IMG/VR virus record: IMGVR_UViG_3300028654_000001
Location: 1-64,000 of that record
Strand: one strand, 5' to 3'
DNA: 64,000 nucleotides
The notes under the pieces were generated by a model, which ran no database searches, was not told the origin of the DNA, and was given only the letters and a program-made list of their open reading frames with translations. Below are positions 19,699 to 29,553 of this stretch, piece by piece. Position 1 is the first letter of the stretch, and each line of letters opens with the position of its first letter. A program made the position numbers and the translations under genes.

Positions 19699-22167
19699 GT
19701 GACAACTGAACGCTTCGTCAATCAAGCAAGTACAGCTTTGTCCTCATCGGTTGGAGCTGGTGACCTAACCTTCTCAGTCCAGAGTACTACCCATTTTCCG
19801 ACTCAACCTGAGTTCAGGATTCGAATTGGCCAAGAACTCATGTTGGTAACCGGAGTCTCGGGTACCTCTTGGACAGTGACCCGTGGGATCGAAGGGACTA
19901 CCGCGGTTTCACATGCACCAGGTTCGACCGTTGTAGCTGTTCTCACTGGTGGTGGACTCGATGAGATGCGAACGGAGATCGAAGCTGAGAACAAGACTCT
20001 CAACTATGTAGCCATCGATGGTAGTGTAGATGACATGCCAGCATTTACTGCTAAATTAGCTTCAGCAGCAAGTACTGGGTATCGAGTACAACTGAATGCC
20101 GGGAATACAATTCAGTTCAAGACACCCCCTGATGGTAGTGGTACTTATGCTCCACCAAATTCTACTCCAAACCTGAGTAGTGGGGAGTACATGACGTGTG
20201 CTCCAGGTACAAATCTCAGGTTTGACATGACCTATCGCTTCGGGTTGTATGGGAGAGCTAACCTGTCCCCTGGGAGCACCGTTGCTTCTCCTCCTGCAAC
20301 CAGGGCTGCCAACAACAACATAATTATAGTCAACCCCTGGGGTATAACTCCTGCAGTTGGGTACGTTATCTGGGTTGAGCAGTACATGGGAGTTACCCCG
20401 CAAGTGAGCGGGTGTACATATACTATCAAGGAACTTGGTGTTTCCACCATAGGGATCACTGACGTAACGGCCACCACTCTCTATGGGGGTGGCGGGACTC
20501 TCAACGGACTGACCCTCAAGCTCAACATTGATGGGGCTGGAGAGCAGACACTTACGTTATCCGGAGCTGGGAATACAACAACCCTTATCACTCTCATTGC
20601 AGCGATAGTTGTTAAGTGGCCTTCTTTGCTGCAAGTGGGAACTGGTGGTGCATCAGGGAACAACCTACTCATCTCCTCGAAGTCGATTGTGATCGGAGCT
20701 GGTACCGCAAACACAGCTCTAGGTCTCACCGCTGGTGTTCCAACCTATGTTGCTGTTCTGCTCGACCGATCTATTGTGTGGGAGCATTCAATTGGCGACT
20801 CAGTTACCAGTGCCCCCGACTACCCGAAGGACATCTTACTTGACTTCACAGGAGCTAATGTCAGTGGGTACGCAAACCAGCTTATTGAGTTCACGCAGGC
20901 CCAAAGGGCTACAGTCAATGGACTCAACTATCAACTAACGAATGACCAGATCCCGTTCCTCGGTGGGACTGCTACTCTTGCATTTGATGTAGCAAGTCGC
21001 GAATGCACACTATCGAACTCAACGATTGAATTTCCGAATAACCCCTACTACATAGGGAGCAATGGCTTTTACGGTCAGTCAAATGAAGGAACCTTGCTGT
21101 GGAATAATCGAATCCGCAATGCCAGAGCGCAGGGGTACTCCTTCATGGACTGTTATGCCTGCAACGCCATTGGGAACATAACCTCTGACTGTGATTGGGG
21201 TCAAGTTGCACAAGTATTTGTGGATGGTACTTTTGGTTGTTTAGATTGTGCATTCGTTGCATGTGCTGACATTGGAAGTGAAGTAGGGCAGTGGCTTTGG
21301 GGTTCTAAAAGAACAAAAACCCTTGGGTTATCGAGCACTAAGAACCCCCAGTACGGGCTTCTAGTTGATCGCAATAATGAGACCGCAACATTTACAAATT
21401 GCAGCTATACCAAGGCTCCTATTGGTATTTATATCGACGCTACTGCAACTGGAACCTCATTCACCCAGCTGAATACTGACGAGTGTCTTACTGGAATTGT
21501 TATTGCTGGGGCAGCTACCATATCACAGTGGCATCACCACAGCACTCGAACTGATCCTGGTGCAACAGGGGTGTTTGTATCTGGAGTCGGCACTAACATC
21601 ATCCGCGACATAGATCTGAAGATGAGTGGAAGTGGAATCGCGGTTGATGTTGGTACTACGGGTACTCTACTACTGGATGGTGGGAGAATAGAGACGGGAC
21701 CTACAGGTTATTGTTTGCGTGTACAGACAGCAGCTCGTATCAGACTGTCCAACATAACCTTTGCTGGTGGTGTTGGGATCTCTTGCTCAAGTGGTACTAT
21801 TGAGATAGGGCCAAACTGTGACTTTAGTGCTATAACAGAGAATCAACAATTTCTCGTGATTGCCCCGGGTTTGGTTACATTTCAGCAGACCGGTGGGGTT
21901 CTCTCGTATGCTGGCAGCAATCGATTCATACTACTAAGTGAGTGCTACAATACCACCATAGAGATATCGGCCTCAGCCTCAGCGAGTGGTGTTGGCCTAC
22001 CTGGGATACCTGGACTTCAGTTCACGGTAGTAAATAACAACACAAACCCGATGTTCGTTATCTCTAGGGCGGCAGGTGATACCGGAGTTACGATTGCCGG
22101 AGGCAAGACAGCTATTGTTAGGGTAGACTCGACTAACCACTGTAAGCGGGTAACCGCTGATCTATGA
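19699..22167 (+). CDS. Tail fibre / tailspike paralogue 2 with probable parallel beta-helix
   Basis: Shared N-terminal anchor; DGSVDDMPAF start of a pectin-lyase-like region followed by repetitive beta strands. Confidence 0.8.
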   Translation: MTTERFVNQASTALSSSVGAGDLTFSVQSTTHFPTQPEFRIRIGQELMLVTGVSGTSWTVTRGIEGTTAVSHAPGSTVVAVLTGGGLDEMRTEIEAENKTLNYVAIDGSVDDMPAFTAKLASAASTGYRVQLNAGNTIQFKTPPDGSGTYAPPNSTPNLSSGEYMTCAPGTNLRFDMTYRFGLYGRANLSPGSTVASPPATRAANNNIIIVNPWGITPAVGYVIWVEQYMGVTPQVSGCTYTIKELGVSTIGITDVTATTLYGGGGTLNGLTLKLNIDGAGEQTLTLSGAGNTTTLITLIAAIVVKWPSLLQVGTGGASGNNLLISSKSIVIGAGTANTALGLTAGVPTYVAVLLDRSIVWEHSIGDSVTSAPDYPKDILLDFTGANVSGYANQLIEFTQAQRATVNGLNYQLTNDQIPFLGGTATLAFDVASRECTLSNSTIEFPNNPYYIGSNGFYGQSNEGTLLWNNRIRNARAQGYSFMDCYACNAIGNITSDCDWGQVAQVFVDGTFGCLDCAFVACADIGSEVGQWLWGSKRTKTLGLSSTKNPQYGLLVDRNNETATFTNCSYTKAPIGIYIDATATGTSFTQLNTDECLTGIVIAGAATISQWHHHSTRTDPGATGVFVSGVGTNIIRDIDLKMSGSGIAVDVGTTGTLLLDGGRIETGPTGYCLRVQTAARIRLSNITFAGGVGISCSSGTIEIGPNCDFSAITENQQFLVIAPGLVTFQQTGGVLSYAGSNRFILLSECYNTTIEISASASASGVGLPGIPGLQFTVVNNNTNPMFVISRAAGDTGVTIAGGKTAIVRVDSTNHCKRVTADL

Positions 22168-22316
22168 AATTTATGACACCAGCCCAGAGAGACCTAATCA
22201 AACTGTACATTGCTATGGCAAAGAAACATTCACCAGGACCTTTCGAAGGCATTGATGAAGCAATAGCGGCTCTAGAAGAGCTCGTCAACGAACAAGATGA
22301 AGGTGATCATGACTGA
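22164..22316 (+). CDS. 50-aa protein coupled to the tailspike gene
   Basis: Below the ORF-track cutoff; ATGA overlap with the tailspike stop; MKFMTPAQRDLIKLYIAMAKK... Confidence 0.45.
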   Translation: MKFMTPAQRDLIKLYIAMAKKHSPGPFEGIDEAIAALEELVNEQDEGDHD

Positions 22317-22317
22317 A

Positions 22318-23595
22318 CTAAAGATCTACTACCCGACGGATCTGATAGTGTCCACTACTAGAAACCAAAGGATATTCTTGGTTCCGCTCAGAGGATAGAA
22401 CTGATCGGAAAGACTCAAGTTGGTCTCGAGTGAGACCCCCTCCAGACACATAACCCTCAAACACTTCCGCGAAAGCCTCTTCAATGTTGGAGCTAGCGTA
22501 CTCACCCAATGGTGCAACCGGCTTAGGATTACCCTCTTCATCAGTAGGTCCCTGCGGGTAATCCCTGAATCTGTCTGTAGTCTTGGTTTGAACTAAGGCA
22601 TTGAATCGAGCTCGATTCGCTGGGGTCATGAACTTGAACCAGTATCGGTGCCCAAGCTCATGGATCACGATACGGGTAACGAAACCCTCTGGCTTATTCC
22701 TAATATAGACTTGGTCCAGATCGTGGTTATACTCCCCAGCATCCCCAGAACTACTGTAACCCCACTTCTGAGCAAGCTCAATCTCTTCTTGGGTTTTCTT
22801 GTGATTCTTGGCCTCAACAAACATCACCCCGTACCACAACTTTCCGAAACCATTGTTTTTCAACATCTGTTGTGCTCGGTTGATGTACTTGATGTAATCA
22901 CGAACGTCATTCCGACTCACTGAGTCATCAATGACAACAACCTTGGCGCTGTTGAGATCAAATTCCTTAGGAACCGTAGAGTAGAAGTCATCGATTGGAT
23001 CTTCCCCGTGTTCCTTCTTGTACTCAGCGGTAGCCTTGGCATCAGCGTAGAGGTGCTTCATCAAAGCATCGAAGACTCTGGTAGCCGGAGCCCACACCAC
23101 TTCTGGATGCCACCGATACTGATCAACAGCATCCATGGCCTTAGTCCACTTTGCGTGATATGGCTCGTATTCAGGGTATTTGCGAATGAACTCATCAGAT
23201 CCGTGAAGCTTTCGGATGTTGTCCCCAGTTCGCTCTTCGATCTCATCCAGGAACTTCTCGCGCTTCTCACTTACCTCTCTGTAATTACTGGCTATTTTTT
23301 CGTATTCTGTGTACACCTCGAAAACCTGACCTTTGGTCTTTGCCAAAAGGTTCTCGAACTTGATCCGCTCCCTAGAACCGGTGAACACAATGTTCATGCC
23401 ATGCCTTTGGAAGAGTACCTGATCCCCTAGGTTCCTCAGGAACTCAATGAGAGCCTTGTGCTTGTCATCCATCTCATGCGGGGACTTGATGACGGCAGTC
23501 CAGCCCCTCTTGACCCCCATGAGCCATTGCTTGGTCAAGATGTCTGCTTGAATGAAGCGAGCAGCTACTCGGAGAGTTAAGACGTCTTCGCGCAT
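22318..23595 (-). CDS. Zincin (HExxH) metallopeptidase-like protein with N-terminal RVAARF tag
   Basis: IVIHELGHRYW and EYASSNIEEAFAEVF motifs. Confidence 0.8.
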   Translation of the reverse strand: MREDVLTLRVAARFIQADILTKQWLMGVKRGWTAVIKSPHEMDDKHKALIEFLRNLGDQVLFQRHGMNIVFTGSRERIKFENLLAKTKGQVFEVYTEYEKIASNYREVSEKREKFLDEIEERTGDNIRKLHGSDEFIRKYPEYEPYHAKWTKAMDAVDQYRWHPEVVWAPATRVFDALMKHLYADAKATAEYKKEHGEDPIDDFYSTVPKEFDLNSAKVVVIDDSVSRNDVRDYIKYINRAQQMLKNNGFGKLWYGVMFVEAKNHKKTQEEIELAQKWGYSSSGDAGEYNHDLDQVYIRNKPEGFVTRIVIHELGHRYWFKFMTPANRARFNALVQTKTTDRFRDYPQGPTDEEGNPKPVAPLGEYASSNIEEAFAEVFEGYVSGGGLTRDQLESFRSVLSSERNQEYPLVSSSGHYQIRRVVDL

Positions 23596-23747
23596 CTACG
23601 AAGAAAACCCAACAAGAAGATAACTAAGAGCGAGCCATGCCTACGTTGAGGTCTGTAAGCCTCATGTATCAATGAATGAAGACTTGATTAATCGAAGGTT
23701 GCTTAAATGTCATTGAGTTTTATCATCTTATTGAGTAGAGTAATGGC

Positions 23748-23978
23748 ATGCCAGCTCTAAGAGTAATTATCCCGTTTGATACAAGGTGTTGTTCGATAAA
23801 TTGCGAGTTCAACCGAACGTACACTGGAAAGTGCACTGTTCGAGGAGCCACCCCAGATCTTGCGGAGACGATTGCTAGAGACGGTGACTTCTACCTCAGA
23901 ACAAGGTACTGTATTGAGAAGGCCTCGATCGTGAATGAACCTTCTAGGAAGGTCACCTATTTACCAACAGGTGAGTAG
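23748..23978 (+). CDS. Small Cys-rich protein, paralogue of 19269..19472
   Basis: CSINC...GKCTVR...DGDFYLRTRYC. Confidence 0.65.
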   Translation: MPALRVIIPFDTRCCSINCEFNRTYTGKCTVRGATPDLAETIARDGDFYLRTRYCIEKASIVNEPSRKVTYLPTGE

Positions 23979-24019
23979 GAAGATCTAAGACAAAACGGCG
24001 TATTGAAGGTGAGAGTTCT

Positions 24020-24277
24020 ATGCCCTTAGTTTTGGTGAACCCAAGAAAGCCGGCTCAATTCCGAGCAGAGATCGCTAGCATTTGCCTGAATGAGGCGATG
24101 AATGCAGCTGAGCCTCTCAGAACTGAGCTATTGGATTCAGCTAGGTTACACCTTCGAGAGTTTCGCCGCTTGCTAACAGCTCAATGCCCAGAAGAGGCAT
24201 GGATGACATACAATGAGCTGATCGATCTACTCGAGCTATTTGACAACCCGAATCAGGTTCCAGCAACAGGTCTCTAG
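24020..24277 (+). CDS. Hypothetical helical protein
   Basis: ORF preceded by GGCGTA and GAAGGTGAG. Confidence 0.55.
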   Translation: MPLVLVNPRKPAQFRAEIASICLNEAMNAAEPLRTELLDSARLHLREFRRLLTAQCPEEAWMTYNELIDLLELFDNPNQVPATGL

Positions 24278-24318
24278 AGGGGGAGGACAACTGTTCGTCA
24301 AAGTGGTAGTAATTGGTA

Positions 24319-24412
24319 ATGTCCGGTAAGAAGCTAACGTTGCTGAAGTGGTCCACAGCCCACGGAGTCCATTACCGGACGGCGTTGGCCTGGGTTCGGG
24401 AAGGCAAGAAGG
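24319..24412 (+). pseudogene. IS607-type TnpA (MerR-like HTH) N-terminal remnant
   Basis: LTLLKWSTAHGVHYRTALAWVREGK resembles the IS607 resolvase N-terminus; no catalytic domain follows. Confidence 0.45.
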
Positions 24413-24892
24413 ACGGTCTATGCCGTAGACATTGTGGGAAGGAAAATGTGGTTCCTAGGATCTCCCTGCACACCAAACCCCTCGTTTTTACAGTAACCAA
24501 ACTTTTTAGTCGAGTCAACACCCTTCGTAACCACTGCAATTATACAGTATAGATTGAAAATAATTGTTTTTTCGACGTAATTCGCATGTTCAGTGTTTCA
24601 GGGGCCGCCCTTGAAATTGTTGAAAATCGTAATTCAACCTTAGGGCCTATCGTCTAATATCTGAACACCATCGTCGAGCTGGATATAGAAAGTGACACAC
24701 ATTGCGCCACTTCTAAATTACCTCTCCGGAGGAGTCTAGAACTGCTGGAACACCCAGTAGAAGAAAGACCCTACTCCGTATACAATTAGTACGAATACCG
24801 CCAAGAGGCACCTTACAGCGTTCGAAGGTTCCTGTCGGTGAGCCATGCTTTTATACCATAAGTGTAAGAATAATGGACACGACTCACCGTAC

Positions 24893-24910
24893 AGGCCTCG
24901 GGGGAGGCCT
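24893..24910. terminator. Short GC-rich hairpin downstream of the histone-like gene
   Basis: AGGCCTC-GGGG-GAGGCCT. Confidence 0.4.
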
Positions 24911-24915
24911 AGCTA

Positions 24916-25377
24916 TCAGATGTCTGACTGAAACCCCTCCCTCATACCTTTGACGAGAGCATCCGAGTCGAAGAACACTATGGCCACTGGAGGTCGCATG
25001 GCTACGCTCTGAGCTACCAAGGCCTTTACCGATGTCGGTGCTGCTTGGATTCCGAGTTCGACTGGGGGTTGAGTCTTGCGAGGTTTGGGTCCCCTTACCG
25101 CCGCAACCTTAGCCTTCTTCGATACCTTCTTCTTGACTGGAGCCTCCTTGACCTTGACTGGAGCCTCCTTGACCTTGACTGAAGCTTCAACCTTAGCCTT
25201 CTTCGATACCTTCTTCTTGGGGGCGGCGCCGGCAGCTATTCGATCCTTGCTTCGAATGTTGTAGATGTAGTTTTGAGTGATAACTAAGCCCTTTTTTGAG
25301 GCTTCTTGAATCAACTCATCGGTGCCCAGGTCTGGGTGGTTTCGGATGAACTCTGACAAATTCTTTCTTGAACTCAT
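24916..25377 (-). CDS. Lys/Ala-rich histone-H1-like DNA-binding protein
   Basis: HTH-like N-terminus plus repeated KKKVSKKAKV and KVKEAPV; GGAG SD. Confidence 0.65.
   Translation of the reverse strand: MSSRKNLSEFIRNHPDLGTDELIQEASKKGLVITQNYIYNIRSKDRIAAGAAPKKKVSKKAKVEASVKVKEAPVKVKEAPVKKKVSKKAKVAAVRGPKPRKTQPPVELGIQAAPTSVKALVAQSVAMRPPVAIVFFDSDALVKGMREGFQSDI
25106..25218. repeat. Coding direct repeats
   Basis: AACCTTAGCCTTCTTCGATACCTTCTTCTTG twice, flanking tandem CTTGACTGGAGCCTCCTTGAC units. Confidence 0.85.
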
Positions 25378-25507
25378 ATGTTTTCTCCAGTTAGCTTCAA
25401 TCTGAAGCGATTATTAGAACAATGGGAGTACTATGACTAGTACTCCAGGGAATATCAACACAAAATGTTAGTAGGTGATCCTTTTTTCTAATATAAGACT
25501 CCTTTTC

Positions 25508-26032
25508 TCAGACTCGAATCCATGTGAGAGAAGCTAGGATCTTGCGGAGATCCACGTAAGAATACCCGTCAATGACGAAGCTCAGGCCTTGACCTGGAAC
25601 TAGTCGAATGTGGGAGGAGAAATCTGGGAAGTCCCGTTGAAGGAAGGAGGCCGCCATTACAGGGTACATGAGGGCTGTCTCATTATCGCTGTCATCCTGC
25701 TCGACCCTGGCCAGGTAGTGGTACCGCATGGATAGGATGCTTGCCACCTCTCCAATGGAAGATTCGTTAGTACTTTCAATATGTTGGTGCTCAGATGGAG
25801 GGGCCAACACTTGAGACCTGCTCGAGAGGAGCTCGGGAAACTTGAAGTTCAGACTACCGGGTTGCTCAGCATCAGCCTGGATCTCCAGTACGATGGGCCT
25901 ATACAAACCTACGATGAACTCCAATCCGACTAACCTCTGTGGTGTGGCCTGGAGACTTTGAGCTACTATCCCGCGAGCTAGGCCCAAGATGTCTTTTAGA
26001 ACCTTTTCGGCTACTACTTCTAGGGTTGGCAT
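25508..26032 (-). CDS. Hypothetical protein
   Basis: 174-aa ORF. Confidence 0.65.
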   Translation of the reverse strand: MPTLEVVAEKVLKDILGLARGIVAQSLQATPQRLVGLEFIVGLYRPIVLEIQADAEQPGSLNFKFPELLSSRSQVLAPPSEHQHIESTNESSIGEVASILSMRYHYLARVEQDDSDNETALMYPVMAASFLQRDFPDFSSHIRLVPGQGLSFVIDGYSYVDLRKILASLTWIRV

Positions 26033-26195
26033 GGGCTCTCTTTGCTAGGGTTTATAGGTTACGAACGTTTTTGACTGCTTCGGTACCAGTCATTCCATCG
26101 CGGAAGAGCCACGATTCCCAGCTGTCTTTCCAGCCCGTCATGCCCAATATTACGGATGAGGAACTAGGATCTCAGATCTTTTTCTCAAAATAGAT

Positions 26196-26234
26196 GAAGG
26201 CCCCCGAGAGATTATTATCTACTCGAGGGCCTTC
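26196..26234. terminator. Hairpin downstream of 26262..26738
   Basis: GAAGGCCC...GGGCCTTC stem with inner pairing. Confidence 0.55.
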
Positions 26235-26261
26235 AAGATCTGTAACTGTATAAGATCACTA

Positions 26262-26738
26262 CTAAATTTTTGACTTCTTCTCTCTCACCTCAGGCCTAAT
26301 GAAGAGGGTGCGGAGATCATCCGCCCAGTTCTTGAGCTCCTGTTTCCATCCTGGATCGTGGTACATTTTGTCAAAAGCGAAAGCCCACGTAGCCACCCAA
26401 AGAGGATCCTTGGGCCACACTATCGAGGCCTCCTGATCCTTCGAGGGGGCAGTTTGCAGCCAGGTCTCCTTAGCGGAGATAGCTTGAGCCAGGCTCGAGT
26501 CAGCGCCGGCACAGGTCGTGCTGAGAGCTCTACGAGCTGTTAGAAGGATAAACTGGTGGTAGTTTAGATCCTTCGGGTGCCATCGGACTAGGAGCCAAAG
26601 AAGCCACCCTCCGTGTTCGCAGAGATCCCAGGCCTCCTGAAGAGTTGTAGTCTCGGACAGCTCACGAAGCCAGTCCAAGGCCGCATCACAAGCACCAAGT
26701 TTCTCTAATAGTTCTATGATCTTAGGGTTCATGATCAT
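26262..26738 (-). CDS. Hypothetical phage protein
   Basis: LEKLGACDAALDWL...QEAWDLCEHGGWLLWL; overlap-coupled to the upstream gene. Confidence 0.7.
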   Translation of the reverse strand: MIMNPKIIELLEKLGACDAALDWLRELSETTTLQEAWDLCEHGGWLLWLLVRWHPKDLNYHQFILLTARRALSTTCAGADSSLAQAISAKETWLQTAPSKDQEASIVWPKDPLWVATWAFAFDKMYHDPGWKQELKNWADDLRTLFIRPEVREKKSKI

Positions 26739-27300
26739 CAGCTATGATCGGGTGACCACAGGCTCCATCTGGGAACAACTTCGAATCACACGGAACTCTA
26801 CTTAGGCTGCTCCACTTTTGACCCAAGACCTCAAAAGCTGTTTCTCGAGCCGCCGCGTCGGTATACGCGTAGATCACCACGTATCCGTCCCGTAGGGGGT
26901 GAAGTTGACCGAAGGTAACATAGAAGGGTAGCCGTCCTTGGTAGATACTGTGCTCGCCCGCTGGTACCGCTAGGGACTCTTCTTTAAGCCACCGGAAGAC
27001 AGCACTAACCACATCCATTAACAAGCGGATGTCCCCTGGAGGGGGTAGCCCACCGGGCAAAAAAGGTAGCTCCTCACCTCGCGGGTTACTGAAAAGAAGT
27101 CGGAAGTCAACCCGATCAAGGTAGGCTATTTCAACTCCAGTGGCCCTAGAGATCAACCGTTCCCCACCAGAATCAGAGGTTTCGATGTGGTCTATCTTGT
27201 TGCACCCAAGGTCTCTCAACTTGTCAATGATACGCCTCATGACTTGAAAAGCGATGGTCTGTATCTGGTAACTTCCGTAGTAATTCTCGAGTTCTGCCAT
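26722..27300 (-). CDS. Hypothetical protein
   Basis: 192 aa; C-terminal FYVTFGQ.HPLRDGYV module. Confidence 0.65.
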   Translation of the reverse strand: MAELENYYGSYQIQTIAFQVMRRIIDKLRDLGCNKIDHIETSDSGGERLISRATGVEIAYLDRVDFRLLFSNPRGEELPFLPGGLPPPGDIRLLMDVVSAVFRWLKEESLAVPAGEHSIYQGRLPFYVTFGQLHPLRDGYVVIYAYTDAAARETAFEVLGQKWSSLSRVPCDSKLFPDGACGHPIIADDHEP

Positions 27301-27382
27301 GGTCTTACCTAGTAGTACGTTCTGGGTGGCGGGATCTCAACAAAATAGTTGGGAAACTCTCAAACCGGTGTACTCAAGTGGT

Positions 27383-27892
27383 ATGACTCTAGACTTAATC
27401 TCCCGCGCACGTGAGTTATCTGAAGAGAATCGTAGGAAAACCCAAGAGGAGAGGGACCAGAAGTTGCGTGAACAGAAGGCTTTGGATAACCAACTCAAAG
27501 CCCTCTCCAGTCTAGTTTTGGTTGAGTTGGAGAAGATTAGCGGCCAGGAGACCAAACACGGAGTGATACAACTTACGCCCAACAACTCTCGTTCTCATAT
27601 AGTATTTGCCTATCTGGAAGTTGGGGCCAAGAAAATGGCTTGGTTCAAGGCTTACATTGAGAGCGGGACCTGGGACCCTTCGGATGACATCCGGAACGAA
27701 CCCTATACGGTTGTCAAGATTAAGTGCAGGTTTTACCCACCAAGTCCAACTCGAAACTTCGATGATGTCTGGGACGTTGAGGAAGTGAGGGAGAAGCTCA
27801 ACGGGGGTTGGGAGCTTACCTGCACGAATGAACAAGAACGGGTCACTCAATTCTTCGAGAACCTAGCTAAGTGCCTTTCATCCTGGATTTAG
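27383..27892 (+). CDS. Hypothetical protein
   Basis: Start moved to ATG 27383, 10 nt after CGGTGTA (27366-27372). Confidence 0.7.
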   Translation: MTLDLISRARELSEENRRKTQEERDQKLREQKALDNQLKALSSLVLVELEKISGQETKHGVIQLTPNNSRSHIVFAYLEVGAKKMAWFKAYIESGTWDPSDDIRNEPYTVVKIKCRFYPPSPTRNFDDVWDVEEVREKLNGGWELTCTNEQERVTQFFENLAKCLSSWI

Positions 27893-28497
27893 ACGTTTCC
27901 TGAGAGCTCTTGACCACCTACCCGTTGGTGAGCTCTGGTGATCGCATCAGCCACTTGAGGCAAGTTGGTTCCGTCGTATCGAATGAGATTAGGGTGGGTA
28001 ACACCCTTGTTCCAAGGTTGAGCCACGGCTATGACCAAACCCCGAGGCCTTACCTTCAACCATGCGAGAAAGTATGGGGGGTAGTCATCCACAAGAACCT
28101 TTCCGTACGTTCCCGTCTTATCCTCGGTGAGAGTTAGCTGAGCATCAGGAAGGTTTTCAACACACCACTCAACCTTCTCTGTCCAAACCCTAGGGTTCTT
28201 CTTAGGGCACTTGGTCAGAACATTCAGTCTGAACCCGACGTCCCTCAAGATGGACACTACAGCAAAGCCTCGGTCAATTGTAGGGAGCCCTTTCCAGAAG
28301 CCAGGCTGCCTCTTGATGAGGTCTCGGCGAGCTTTGATGTACGCTGGCACGTCATCATAGTTGTCCCCGTAGTCGGGCTCACCGGGGCCACACAGGGGCT
28401 CCAACCGTCGCTTCATCTCTGAATCGAAGTCAGCTACCGTCCCATCAAGATCAACAAGAGCAATGTTGTCGTCGATTGATGCTTCGTAGTCAAACAT
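27889..28497 (-). CDS. 5'(3')-deoxyribonucleotidase, NT5C-type HAD
   Basis: LVDLDGTVADF, EKVEW, LVDDY and QPWN motifs. Confidence 0.85.
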   Translation of the reverse strand: MFDYEASIDDNIALVDLDGTVADFDSEMKRRLEPLCGPGEPDYGDNYDDVPAYIKARRDLIKRQPGFWKGLPTIDRGFAVVSILRDVGFRLNVLTKCPKKNPRVWTEKVEWCVENLPDAQLTLTEDKTGTYGKVLVDDYPPYFLAWLKVRPRGLVIAVAQPWNKGVTHPNLIRYDGTNLPQVADAITRAHQRVGGQELSGNV

Positions 28498-29108
28498 CAG
28501 AGCTTGATCTCGGGAACCATCTTGTTGGCCGTCCACTGATAAAGACCACTGAGTCGATCAAAGAAGAAGTTGACCAGTCTACGAATCGGACTATCCAGAA
28601 GAGTTCCGACAAGAGACGCTGGCCACCAGAGGCCCCAAGCTACGATCATTGCCTTGTACTCCTTGGCCTGAGGAGTATTCGAGAGATAGCCCCTCTTGTA
28701 ATTAACATTACCTAAGCTTCTGGTTATACTGTCAACAGTCAGGCCATTAGGGTAGTTCTCAGGTCTATCCTCCAGGTTCTTCTTATATTCTGCGATCTTC
28801 TTGTCGCGAGCAGTTCTGAAGTCCCATAGGTAGAACACCCACTTCCCGTATGACCAGACAATGGTTCCGGCCAAGTAGTACCCAACATACCGAAGAACCA
28901 TCCAAAAGTTATCTCGACTGAACAACTCACTGACTTTAGGCCACTTGAAGAAGTGTCCCAATATAGAGTAGCTGATTACGCTAAGGATCACCAAAGTGGT
29001 AGAGTACCCGAACTTTTCCAACTGAATCAAAAAGATCAGGGTTACGAACAAACCAACTTCGGCGGTCAACACCCACGGTAATAGCCAGAACATAAACGGC
29101 TCATACAC
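28497..29108 (-). CDS. Membrane protein
   Basis: Three to four hydrophobic segments; coupled to the NT5C gene. Confidence 0.7.
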   Translation of the reverse strand: MYEPFMFWLLPWVLTAEVGLFVTLIFLIQLEKFGYSTTLVILSVISYSILGHFFKWPKVSELFSRDNFWMVLRYVGYYLAGTIVWSYGKWVFYLWDFRTARDKKIAEYKKNLEDRPENYPNGLTVDSITRSLGNVNYKRGYLSNTPQAKEYKAMIVAWGLWWPASLVGTLLDSPIRRLVNFFFDRLSGLYQWTANKMVPEIKL

Positions 29109-29179
29109 CAGGATTCGAATTACTGGAAGTAAAAAAGAGACCGTCTGTCAAAAGTCATATAACTGTGGTACTAGGTGGC

Positions 29180-29545
29180 ATGGTCTGGGAAATCCCTCCT
29201 CGTATGGATCCTGAGTGCATCAAGATTTGCACCGCCCTCAATGAACTCCCTGGGATTCGAACTTTCGAGTCCTGCTGCGGTCACGGTGAGCATGGGTTCT
29301 GGATTTGGTTCGAGGTTACCGCTCCTATCGAGAAAGGACTGTTAACCCTTTCCCGATGCCTCTACAACAAGCAGGGTAGAGTACCAACTGACCTTACTCA
29401 AGGGTGGAGAGCAGTACTCTATCACTTGGATCGATGTACTAAGATTTGCTTCTTACTTGAGGGCCCAGTTGGTGATTACGCGGGGGCAGATGAGTTGGCA
29501 GAAGAGATCTTCAACCACATTGGTAATCGTAAGCTTGCAAGGTAG
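29180..29545 (+). CDS. Hypothetical protein with TxxSCxGH motif
   Basis: ALNELPGIRTFESCCGHG. Confidence 0.65.
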   Translation: MVWEIPPRMDPECIKICTALNELPGIRTFESCCGHGEHGFWIWFEVTAPIEKGLLTLSRCLYNKQGRVPTDLTQGWRAVLYHLDRCTKICFLLEGPVGDYAGADELAEEIFNHIGNRKLAR

Positions 29546-29553
29546 GGTTAGAA

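Noticed and set aside
24313-24552. Active IS607 element
   Set aside because: Only ~25 aa resemble the TnpA HTH; there is no resolvase catalytic domain and no tnpB.
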